Shown here piece after piece: positions 25,324 to 36,061 of a stretch of 64,000 bases of DNA (positions within the stretch are counted from its first letter, which is position 1; each line of letters begins with the position of its first letter). The notes beneath the pieces are model-generated. The model made no database searches. It saw only the letters and a list, made by a program, of their open reading frames with translations, and was not told the origin of the DNA. The position numbers and the translations under genes were made by a program. The DNA comes from Vicugna vicugna (lineage: Eukaryota), in contig MU061633.1 in the NCBI GenBank assembly GCA_013265495.1, positions 1,408,302 to 1,472,301 of the forward strand, read 5' to 3'.

Positions 25324-27264
25324 GTAAGTACTTCGAATACATTGAGTTCTTTACTGCTTTGTAATTGTTTGTCTACCCCCCCCAAAACTTCTCAGTGGTT
25401 GTAATATTTTTCCCCCAGAGGAAATCTCATTATGAGGGAAATAAGAGCAAAGTAACGTGTTTTGAAGTATATTTCTGAAATGCGCCGATTATTTTCACCA
25501 TCCCCCTCTTCTGGGAGTTGCAGCTGCTCCGTGGAGGATGAATCTTCATATGGACAATTATCTCTCAATCATCACGTGTTGTGGTAAATAAGAGACAGAC
25601 AGAAGCAATGGGAGATTGCTATCAGACTGGCAAAAATCCAAGTGCTTACCAGCCCACTCGGCACGACTGCAGGAAAACAGACAGTTCCTCTCCTGTGTTG
25701 CTGGTGGGGGTGCGAATGGTACCCTGTCCATAAGGGGCAGATTAGCCACATTTATCACAGTTAGGAATTTATTTACCCTGACTCAGCAGTCCTACTTCTG
25801 GGAAGTTATTCCTGTTGTGTAATAGAAAAAGATTAGGAGCAACTCAAGCGTCTGCCTGTAGACATACTATTAAATAAAAGGTATGAGCACACAGCGGAAC
25901 GCTTTGCAGATGTAAAAAGGAGTAAGGAATCTCCTTGTGTCCTGATTTGAGATGATCTCCGGGATTACCGTCAGGTGGAAACAGCAGGGCGCAGAGCACT
26001 GTGCACAGCACACTGCCTTTGTGCACGTTAACCCCAGCCCCACTGCCGCTGCCCTGGACCACAACACCCTGTCCAAACTCAGAAACTGAATTTTGGGTAT
26101 ATTTACTGATTAATCCCTTCACTTTTGAATTCTCATCTTCGCTGTGGGGACTCAGACACCAAATAGATTTGGACAGTGAAGAATATATAAACATACAGAT
26201 TTATTTGAACAAAGGTACAGGGTTTGTTTGAAGAAACACTGGAAAATACCCAGGAAACTAATAAAAGTGCCTACTTTGGGGCGGACACAGGCATGAGACC
26301 CCTCGGTAAACACTTTCTGATATTTTTCTGGTTGAGTCGTCTGAGTCTTCAAACCTATTCAAAAATGTTTACATTGAATTCACCCTTTAAAATTTTAAAT
26401 CGTGTGGATGAACAGGAGAAGAGAGATTCAATTCTAGCAAGTGATCAGGGAAGCCTTTGTGAAGTCAGCGCCGGCCTGAATGTTTTGCCAGCCCCTCCTG
26501 GGTGGTTATTCAGGCACCAAATTGGCAAAGCACTGGACCTATTATGGGCCACATTCAAGGGACATGTTTGTTTCCCTCTGAAGTTATGAAATCAGCCTCC
26601 CAGAAGGCCTCTTGGCAGTCGTCTTTTCTTGAATTCAACAAATGTATACTGTATGTCCACCCTGTGTCTCATGTTAGGGTGGAGGCTCAGGAAACAGCAG
26701 AACACAAAGTAGGTAGAACCCTGTGCTCATGAGACCTGGAGCCTAGAGAGGACGCACAGTACGAACCAAGAAATTAAACAGTTAATTGTTTAGTCATAAT
26801 TGTACCAAGTGTCACAGAAGAAAACTCAGAGTGTTGGGGGCACACATAGTACCCTAACCTAATCTGGGCGGCGTCTGGCTTAAGATGTTCAAGCATCGCC
26901 CTAGCACAGAAACCACTTGGATGGCTTTTTCACACCAGTGAGCTCATGCATTACTGAGAAACAGGGCTTTCGGAAGCTAGGTTGATCCTAAGACAACCAC
27001 AGACAATTATGATCTGCAGTTATTTCACAAACGTGGTGATGGTATGTGTCAGGCACACACGGCCCCGTCTTGCCCACACCAGCATTTTTAAGTGTTTGCA
27101 CGACCCAAAACCCCAAGGCGTTACTTTAGGGTAAATTTCGTAACAGCTCAGATTTCTGTTTCCCGCTTCGCCCGTGGGAGGCATCATCCGCCCCGCCCTG
27201 GCAGCTCTGTGGCCTCCATCAGACCTTCCCCTCCAAAGCTCGTGGTTCTCCACATCTCGAAAAT

Positions 27265-27480
27265 AGTGGTTAAGGTTGTAGACGCTGGAGCCAGACTCCG
27301 GGAGCTCGGATCCTGGCCCTGCCTCTTCCTGAACTGTGATCTTGGGCAAGTAGCTTTGACCGTCTGTGCCTCAGTTTCCTCATCCGAAAAATGTGCCAAC
27401 CTCCTAGGGTGTGGGGAGAACTGACTGGGTGAAGTGAGAAGAGCTTAGAGCTGCTCTGGGCACATCGAGAGTGCTGTGTG
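27265..27480 (+). mobile_element. MIR SINE (many further MIR cores, e.g. near 9720, 19820, 21950, 29210, 36300, 49870, 50700, 55880, 58920)
   Basis: ggagccagact...tgtgatcttgggcaagt...tgtgcctcagtttcctcatc. Confidence 0.75.
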
Positions 27481-27589
27481 TTTACTGCTCCTGTTGTCAT
27501 TGTCATTGTGTGATTACCGTTACGATTCTCTTACTCAGCCAGCAACCTGGAAGAATGAAGTGAGTCTCCGGTAGCATGTAATTAAACCA

Positions 27590-28640
27590 CTCACGTGTTT
27601 CATTAAGCAACTTCTGTGTTCCAGGCACACTTTTCAGTGCTGAAGATACAGTCGTGAACAAGACAGCCCCCGTCCTGCTAACACTTTGACAAGGGAGTGG
27701 AAAATGCAGGGACGGGAAAGTAAATACTATCATTTCACTCAGCAGTGGGGTTAGGAAGAAATCCTAACAGGGTGAGGGGTTGAGGTGCAGGGACAATTTT
27801 GTTAGCGGGTCAGGGAGAGTCTGAGGAACCTGATGTTTGAGTTGAGAGCAGAGGATTGGAAGGATGGGCATAGGCAGGTGGGCAATATGTGTGTGTGGAT
27901 GCCCTGAGGCGGGCAGGCTGGACGTGTTCACACGGAACAAGAAGGCAGGTGTGGCTGGAGAGAACCGAGCCAGGAGGGGGTGCTGGGAGACGCCATGTGA
28001 AACAGGGGCGGGCCAGACACGCAGGGCCTTGGAGGTCGTGAAATGTTTTGGGGATTTTATTCTTAGTGTGATTAGAAAGTTTCAAACAAAGGGAGTGACT
28101 TGATCAGTTATGTTTGAAATGGATCCTTGTAGCTCAGTGGTTCTCAGCCAGGGCAGTTTTGCCCCGCCCCGCAGAGGACACTTGGCAGTGTCCGGAGACA
28201 TGTTGTCATGACTTGGGGAGGTACTGCTGGTGTCCAGAGGACAGAAACCAGGGTTGCTGCCAGATGTCCCACAGTGTGTGAGGTCACCACCCACAGCAAA
28301 GGATTATCCAGCCCCGAGTGTCATTAGGGCGGAGGTGGCGAAGCCCAGCTGTGCCTGATGAGAGAAGGACAGACTGCGGGGTAGAGGGGTGGACAGGTGG
28401 AAACAGACTGAAGAGAAAGTTTTACCAGATCCACCGAGAGACAAAGATAAATTGGACAAAGATGGTAGCAGTGGAGGTGGTGAAAAGTTGAATTCTTGGT
28501 GTACTTTGAAGGGAAACCACCAGAATTTGCTCATCAGTTTAAATATGGGATGTTTGAGGGAATTGTCAAGGTGACACCTACAGGTTTTGGCTTGAACATC
28601 TAGGTAAATGGTCACTACCATTACCTGAACCAGGGTAGGT
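27590..28640 (-). mobile_element. L2 fragment interrupted by MER20 (approximate ends)
   Basis: ttcattaagcaacttctgtgttccaggcac... L2 3' end; L2-like sequence resumes after 28348 (ggttttggcttgaacatctaggtaaatgg). Confidence 0.6.
28135..28348 (+). mobile_element. MER20 (hAT-Charlie non-autonomous DNA transposon)
   Basis: cagtggttctca..ggg..ttttgcccc...ttggcagtgtccggagaca...cagcaaaggattatccagccc...; follows the recalled MER20 consensus end to end. Confidence 0.85.
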
Positions 28641-30656
28641 AGGAAGGACTGGGTTTGGTGGAGGATGAAAGGAGAAAGCTATCTTTCATCAAGCACTGTG
28701 TCGTTCAGCCTTTCAGATAAGTCTGTTTTCCACCCTCCCTGTTCCCCCTTGTCAGAAAGCTTTCCATTGCCAAGGCACTACTTGTCATTAGAAAGGAGTA
28801 ACTCTTGAGTGCACAGAAAGGGTTAAACACATCCTGCCTGATGAGACCTCAGACACTTTCCGCAGCCACAGAATTGGAGACCCAGGGTTGGAGGTGATCT
28901 TCAAGGTGACCTGGGGCAGATAGCCTCAGTGCCCTTTGCGTCTTTTCTGCCAGATTACTAGGTAGCATCTATGGGGTATTTCCAGCGTCAGGAGCCCACG
29001 TGCAGACCTGGGGGCAGGTCAGCTTAACGCATGAGAACGGCTGTCTCAGATCCACCTCCCTGTAACTTCCCACCATTGATCCTGGTCCAACCCCCTGGAT
29101 ACCAGTAGAAAGGAAGCTTTGAGATTAAGCCCAGCCGGACATCATTCCTGGTTCCATACCTGTATGCTTGCCTCCCTGGAAGGTAGTAAGGCGGGCGTGA
29201 TTACTACCGTTTTACAGGTGAGGAGATTGAGGCATAGCGAGAACTTGACTCACCCAGGGTTGTGTAGCTAGCAAGTGGTGTCAGGCTTGAAGAGGGCAAT
29301 GCTCTGTTGGAGTTCAGCAGGTGCTCTGGTTGGCTGGGTGGGTCCGTGGATGTGGGTTTTGGTGTGTTTGTGGGAGCGGGTGAGCTACGAGCGTCCTTCT
29401 ACTCCACCATCTTGGTCCCTCCTCTAGTGGTATCAGACTTGAATGAAGTCATTTAATTCTTTAGTATGAGGCCCCATCCATCACACAGTATCTGCCTTTC
29501 AGACTCTCTGTAAGTCACCTGCCGCACATCTTAGGAGCCAGTCTTAGGCCAGTCTTTCAGCTGTCCAGAAGTCCTCCGACTCACCAGGCTGCAGCCATTC
29601 AAGAAGGACTCTGACTTAAGCATAAGGGACACTCTTGAGTGTACGATCTTGGTTACTGAGCGGAACCTGCAAGTCATCAAAGGCTCTGTGCCACCATCAA
29701 CCAGCTCAACTCTTTGCTGCCAACTCAGAGTGAAAGAAAAAGGCATCAGCACAATTTTAAGCAGTGTTGCTGGGCTGTGGGATGTGGGAAACAGCCGTAG
29801 CTACTACACTTGCTATGGCTGTTTCTGAGCAAAAATTTTACGTCCCATGAATTAGAGCTGTCTTGAAAAGAAGAAAGCACCTACTAGGTGTTGTACGTTC
29901 TTTAATTCAAAATATACCAGTGAGTTATTATCCCCACTTTCAGATTAAAAACAAATAAACAAAAAAAAAAACCCTGAAGCTCATGAAGATTAGTGAGTTT
30001 GCACAAGGTTACGCAGCTGGTATGCTGTAGGACTAGGATTTGAACCGAAAATTCATTCATTGTCTTTTTATTAATTGGCTCAGGTAACTACAAAATTCAA
30101 AGGGTGAGTTCAGGTGTAGCAGGATCCAGGATGTCAAACAGTATCATCTGGACCCTAGCTCGACCTGATGACTTTTGTCTCTCCTTCCCTTTGAGCCAGC
30201 GTCCATTTCAGCCTTTCTCCAAAGGTGACCATCAGGCCACTTAAGTCATAGACTCACCCCGCAGCTGGGAAGTGGGCTCAGTTCCACTCGGACTGCTCAG
30301 ACTGAAGTGGAGAAGGGGTGAGTCCTCAAGAGAAGGAGAGACACAGCAGGCCCACTTGGGCTTTGAACAAGTCGTCCACGGCAGGACAGATAGCCATCTG
30401 TGTCCTTCCGGAGCTCAACGCGTGGCCTGTGGGCGGGGCTTTGATCCCAGCCTTGCGGAGCCTCAGGGCCCTGTGGGTTTCTTCATTCTGTCTCTGTTGG
30501 AATAAACTTGGTCTAACCTGGTTTGCTGGAATGTTGAAGAGAAGTATATCTTAATGAAAATAACTCTTCTCAGAGAGAACTGTGTCAGAAAAATGTAAAT
30601 CTTTCTTAGCTTTTGGAAAATAAAGTCTTAGTTTGTTTCGTTCTGCTCTATTTTAG

Positions 30657-30843
30657 GACTGTGCGGAAAGAATATATCACTGCAAAGTATGTAGATCATA
30701 GATTTTCAAGGAAGACCTGTTCATCGTCATCAGCTAAACTGAATGAGTTGCTTGAGGCCATCAAATCCAGGGATTTACTTGCACTGATCCAGGTCTACGC
30801 AGAGGGGGTAGAGCTAATGGAGCCGCTGCTGGAACCTGGACAG
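30657..30843 (+). CDS. ASAP1: ASAP1 exon: (M)TVRKEYITAKYVDHRFSRKTCSSSSAKLNELLEAIKSRDLLALIQVYAEGVELMEPLLEPGQ
   Basis: tattttag|GACT...GGACAG|gtacgg; 187 nt, phase 2->0. Confidence 0.97.
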
Positions 30844-31088
30844 GTACGGCTTCGCTAAGGTCAGGAAGGAAAAGGGTGCAGAAAATCAGTTTAAAAGATG
30901 GCTCATCGTACTGGAACACCACGGAGTGAGACTGTGATACGTTCAGTGACCATGTCTGAAGCAGGACAATGCAAGAGTGATAGGGGCTGCTATTAATAAA
31001 TGACTTTGGGGCCATTGACGTCAACGAAGCCTGTCTGGGCAAAGCAGGACATGTGATTACCCTATTTAGACTTATCCTTTCCTTTTAG

Positions 31089-31174
31089 GAGCTCGGGGAG
31101 ACAGCCCTTCATCTTGCAGTCCGAACCGCAGACCAGACATCTCTCCATTTGGTTGACTTCCTTGTGCAAAACTG
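31089..31174 (+). CDS. ASAP1: ASAP1 exon: ELGETALHLAVRTADQTSLHLVDFLVQN(C), ankyrin repeat
   Basis: ccttttag|GAGCTC...AACTG|gtacgg; 86 nt, phase 0->2; GETALHLA ankyrin motif. Confidence 0.97.
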
Positions 31175-31238
31175 GTACGGCTTTTATTTTCTCTGAATGT
31201 GCCTTGTAAGTTAACACAGACCGGCCCTGTTGGTGGCC

Positions 31239-31487
31239 TAGATCGGGAACCGGCAGGCTTTTCCTATAAAGAGCCAGATACTGTTTTAGGCTCTGCAGGC
31301 CATGAGGTGTCTGTCACAGCCATTCAGCGCTGCCATCAGTATGTGAAAACAGCCAGGAGTCAGTGTTACATATTGTCAGGTGTGTGCGGCCATACTTGTG
31401 AGTGTGGCCATATTCCAATAAAACTTTATTTACAAAAATAAGCAGAGGGCCAGATATGGCCTGCAGGCTGTAGTGTGCCAACCCTTG
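31239..31487 (-). mobile_element. MER58-like hAT-Charlie element
   Basis: ttccaataaaactttatttacaaaaataagcagagggccagatatggcctgcaggctgtagtgtgccaaccc is the antisense of the recalled MER58A 5' end. Confidence 0.75.
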
Positions 31488-32288
31488 GCCTAGATAAAAG
31501 TAAAACCTTATCTCTGTGTCCAAAACCTGCTGCATTAAAGGAGGTTGAAAGAAAGGAGACTTACCAGCACAAGTAACAGATCTGTGAGTTTTTATTGCTC
31601 ATAAGTTGATTATAAGACATCAGTGTGTGGGGATGACTCAATAGCTAATTCAGATTTAAGGATGTGAAGAGGAGGATAATACCGAACACAGGAGATTTGG
31701 ACTTGCTGGATTCTTTACTGGGTAGTTCTGTGAGCCGCAGATTCGGAGGAGGAACTGGAGCTTATCCAAAGGAGAGTGATGAAAATGGTGAGGGGCTTTG
31801 AACCCACATACAGAGAACAGTGCCTGGACACAAGCCAGGTTGCACCAGTGCCCCAGCCACTCCCGCAGAGGTGGTTCAGTGTAGTTGTTCAGACCGCTGG
31901 CTCCGGAGACGCACTGCCGGTGTTCCAGGGCCTGCTCCATCCGCTGTGTCTTGGTAATCTCTAAAGCAAGCCCTCCATCCTCTGCCTGTTTCCATCTGAA
32001 AAATAAAGGTTATGATACACGTGCCCCATCAGGTGGGTGTAAAGGTTAAATGAGCTAATATATGTGAAAGACGTGTGTCTGTCCTCTCTGTCCCCTACAA
32101 GATAGGCACTCAATAAATGCTAGCTGTTGGTGTCATTATGTCACTTATAAATTTAGGGGTCATGTCAGAAACATCTCCCCTGCTCATAAACAAAGTAGGT
32201 CTCAAATTTGACTCAGTTGTTAGCACAGAAAAAAAGTGTTTTAAGTTATAGAGCAAGTCATTTTTTTCCTGATATTTTAATTTTTCAG

Positions 32289-32404
32289 TGGGAACCTGGA
32301 TAAGCAGACAGCCCTGGGAAATACGGCTCTGCACTACTGTAGTATGTACGGTAAACCTGAGTGTTTGAAGCTGCTTCTCCGGAGCAAGCCCACCGTGGAT
32401 GTCG
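32289..32404 (+). CDS. ASAP1: ASAP1 exon: (C)GNLDKQTALGNTALHYCSMYGKPECLKLLLRSKPTVDV(V), ankyrin repeat
   Basis: tttttcag|TGGG...GTCG|gtacgt; 116 nt, phase 2->1. Confidence 0.97.
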
Positions 32405-32557
32405 GTACGTGTGGCCACGTGGCTCATAACAGTGACAGTGAGAGCGTTTAGTTGGCTGAAACTGAGACAGGCCTGTTCTGTTGTAAATTCGAGTGTTGTT
32501 CTTTGCCTTTTCAAGTCATGTACTAGATAATCATGCAAATCTATCCCCCTGTTCTAG

Positions 32558-32625
32558 TTAACCAGGCTGGAGAGACTGCCCTGGACATAGCAAAGAGACT
32601 GAAAGCCACCCAGTGTGAAGATCTG
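32558..32625 (+). CDS. ASAP1: ASAP1 exon: (V)NQAGETALDIAKRLKATQCEDL, ankyrin repeat
   Basis: tgttctag|TTAAC...GATCTG|gtgagc; 68 nt, phase 1->0. Confidence 0.97.
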
Positions 32626-33623
32626 GTGAGCTGAGTGGGCAGGGGAGGTGGCTGGAGCAGCTGCCTTATTGAAGGGCGTTCTCGGGAACCCCCCACTGCA
32701 TATGAAAGAAGCAGATTTTTTTTTTGTAATATTAGCTAAAAAAGTTCAGATAAGCACTAAGGCTACTACATTTGGAAAATGTGAAATGATACATTGGTCA
32801 TCCACATGTCTTTGAGTGCAGTTACGATGTAGTGGCTGAAAGGCATTTGAGAGGTCTTATTACCGGAGGGGCTTGTAGATTGAGGCCCTGCTATTTATCT
32901 GCCAGGCCATTACTCTTTTCTCTGTAGCTTAACAGAAAAGAACTATTTGGGAATCCAGTTCCAGAACTTGGGCAAGTAAAGTTCAGAGTGCAGTGGTTTT
33001 CATAATGCACTCCCCACCCCCACCCTTCCTTCTGCACATGCTCACCCTCTCCTGTCCCACTGGTTCTTGCTTGTAAATCTGGGCCTTTACGGAGACCAGG
33101 ATTCTCTTAATCACAGGAGAGGCTGAGCTAAGAAAGACAGGGGACCTTCCTTTGAGTTTCTGCTAAATGCCGAAATGCCTAGGCCCAGCACTTGTACTTC
33201 TCTATTTTCACAAGAACCCTTTGAGGAAGGAAGTTGGAGTTATCCCTGCCCCATTTTATGACTGAACGAGTGGGCCACATATTGAACTGGGACTGTCTGG
33301 CTTTAAAGGCCCAACCTTCCACACTTCACTAAATCTGTTCTTGCTTTCCAGCCTGAAATTAGCAGTTTGGAGGCTCATTTTAATCATTTTAAGAAAGCTT
33401 TTAATTTTGGAGAGAAGTCAAGTTACCAAAATTAAAAAGGCCTCAACTAGAATTTTTTGCAATTCCTCTGAAGTCTGCCCTATAGTAATCCCACTTGTGT
33501 AATCAGAGTTTTGCCTACAGTACAGGGACTGATGATTAATCTGAAACCAGGAATAAGGTGTTTATATAATATCGGAGTGTCTGGCATTTAAATTAAAATG
33601 GTTCCACTTGCTGTTACTTTCAG

Positions 33624-33731
33624 CTTTCCCAAGCTAAATCTGGAAAGTTCAATCCACACGTCCATGTAGAATATGAGTGGAATCTTCGACAGGAGGAGAT
33701 GGATGAAAGCGATGATGATCTGGATGACAAA
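33624..33731 (+). CDS. ASAP1: ASAP1 exon: LSQAKSGKFNPHVHVEYEWNLRQEEMDESDDDLDDK
   Basis: actttcag|CTTTCC...GACAAA|gtgagt; 108 nt, phase 0->0. Confidence 0.97.
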
Positions 33732-33893
33732 GTGAGTGGAAATAATGCCTCTGAATCCCTAAGCACTTCTCCCAGTCGTTCTGCACTGTGCAGATAAGAT
33801 CCGTTCTTTGTGAGATTGATGGGCCTTATGACCTGATGTAGCAGGGCCGTTTTCTTTGTTCAGTCTTTGATCCTTCTTGGGTACTGCTCAATA

Positions 33894-34290
33894 GCTGTTT
33901 TAGGGTTCTCCAGAGAAACAGAACCAGTAGGGTGTGTGTGCATGTGTAGAGACAGCAACAGAGAGAAATTTATTTCAAGGAATTGGCACACGTGATCATG
34001 GGGCTAAGTCCAAAATCTACAAGGCAGGCCAGCAAGCTGGACATTCCAGTGGGAGTTGATGATGCAGTCTTGAGTTTGGAGGCAGAATGCCTTCTTCCTT
34101 GGGAGCCCTCAGTATTTTTCCTTCTTAAGCCCTTCAACTGATTGAATGAGGCCCACCCATATTACTCAAAACCTAACCTAAATGTTCATCCCATCTAAAC
34201 AATTCCTTCATAGCCACATCTAGACTGGTGTTTGACCAAACACCTGTGCACCATGGCCTAGCCAAGTCAACATATAAAATTAGCCATCAG
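33894..34290 (-). mobile_element. MLT2-family (ERVL) solo LTR
   Basis: tagggttctccagagaaacagaaccagtagg ... actgattgaatgaggcccacc ... ctagccaagtcaacatataaaattagccatca, the antisense of a recalled MLT2 LTR. Confidence 0.8.
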
Positions 34291-34599
34291 AACAGCTAAT
34301 TAATAATCAGTTGTCACTGATTGAGTATTTAAAGGTGGACTAGGTGACAGTCAGCACATTGCCTGTGTTACATCAGACCGTCTTTACCAAAAGGCTGCTG
34401 GGGCACTGTTATTTCCCCCATTTTACAGAAGAGAAGACTGATACACAGGCAAGTTTTGCAATTTATCCAGTCTCACAGCAAGTAGACAGTCTCGGGTTAA
34501 ACCCAGTTCTGTGTGATGCGATCATAGATACAGTTCTTACTTACCGCTGAAGGTTCGTTTATGCATTTCTCATCAGATGTGTATCTGCTGGTTTCTCTT

Positions 34600-35190
34600 C
34601 CCCAGGCAGGGTGTTAGGAATAGTCAAAGCTGGTCATACAGAAGTGTCCTAAAGGCCTTCACCACTTTGAGAGGAGATAAATAACAATACAGTGAAGACA
34701 ACCGTCCTAATAAGAGTTGGGGAAACTCCTGAGAAGTGCTCAGAGAGCAGAGCAGCCAGCTCAGCCTTGGCAAGCAGTGAGGACCCTACCCAGGAAGTAC
34801 CGTGGAAGATAGGTCTCTCAGGAGCGGGAGGAGCTGTCCAGGCAAGGAAGTAGGGAGGCGTGCATCCCTCCAGGGAGGGAGAACAGCACGTGCAAAGGCC
34901 AGGGGGTCATGAAGGGCCTGAAATTCTGAGATGTGTGAGGTACCTTCATGTGGACTGGGTGGGGAGAGGCAGGAGGCTGCCCTGAAGTCTGGCAGCCCAG
35001 GGCAGGAAGGGCAGGAAGGGTGCTGTGGGCCAAGGTCAGCCTTTGGGCTCTCACCCAGGCGGTCACAGGCCAACAGAGATTTATTGTCAGAGAGAGGGTT
35101 TCCTACCAGCTCTGGCTGTGGTGTGGAAGATGGGCTGGAATTGAAAGAAACTGGAGTCGGGCTTCTTTAGAAGGCCAGTGCGTCCGTGGG
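34600..35190 (-). mobile_element. L2 fragment (approximate ends)
   Basis: gggagaacagcacgtgcaaaggcc..ggggg, a typical L2 motif, and the surrounding purine-rich body. Confidence 0.55.
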
Positions 35191-35832
35191 AGCTGGGGAG
35201 TGCCTGCACGAGGGACAGGTCTGGGGACATTTCTGAGCTCTCCACGCAGGACCTGATGGCCCTTCAGTGCCACTGAAGGTTCTAACTTGGGAAGTTGTGT
35301 GAGTGCTGTAGCCGCCAGGGACCTGTCATAGGTGGGTGAAAGTGTCCAGAATCTAAGAGGTTGAGAATGGGTTCCCAGGTCTGGGTCATCCACATTAAGT
35401 GGCAGTCCCAGCCACGGGTGTGGGTAAGATGCCTCCCTAAGAGGATGTCAAATGAGGAGAGAGGTGAGGATGGAGAACTTAATATAGATTACAGATAGGT
35501 GGAAATGCAGTTCAGATGTTGGTGAACGTGCCCTGCACGGGGGAGATACTTGTTCATTAGAGGCTGAATCTGTGACCTTATACTTATGCTACTGTGATCC
35601 CTCACCTGTTTGTCCCTAGTGTGACCCTGGTAGTGATGACGTGAGAATCAGAAGGGCACTAGCTAGATATTTCCCTTGTACTGGGACATGGCTCTTGGGC
35701 TGTTGTGTGGCTGACCTCAGAAAGTGCAGAGAGCCACAGGAACCCAGATTCCCAGCCAAGCCCACCCTGCAGACGTCCCCCGGTCACCTTCGATTATCAT
35801 CTTACGCGCAGCACTGTTATTTCATTTGCCAG

Positions 35833-36061
35833 CCGAGCCCCATCAAGAAAGAGCGCTCACCCAGACCGCAGAGCTTCTGCCACTCCTCCAGCATCTCCCC
35901 GCAGGACAAGCTCTCGCTGCCGGGATTCAGCACCCCGCGGGACAAGCAGCGGCTCTCCTACGGCGCCTTCACCAACCAGATCTTCGTCTCCACAAGCACA
36001 GACTCGCCCACGTCACCAACCGCGGAGGCGCCCCCACTGCCTCCCAGAAACACCGTGAAAG
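35833..36061 (+). CDS. ASAP1: ASAP1 exon: PSPIKKERSPRPQSFCHSS...RLSYGAFTNQIF...APPLPPRNTVK(G), Pro/Ser-rich region
   Basis: tttgccag|CCGAGC...GTGAAAG|gtacga; 229 nt, phase 0->1. Contains the RLSYGAF tyrosine-phosphorylation motif and the PPLPPR SH3 ligand. Confidence 0.97.

Noticed and set aside
35634-35715. Box C (TGATGA) ... box D (CTGA) pair about 80 nt apart near a 3' splice site
   Set aside because: No convincing terminal stem or C'/D' boxes and no rRNA-complementary guide that I can recognise. The motifs are short enough to occur by chance; snoscan would settle it.
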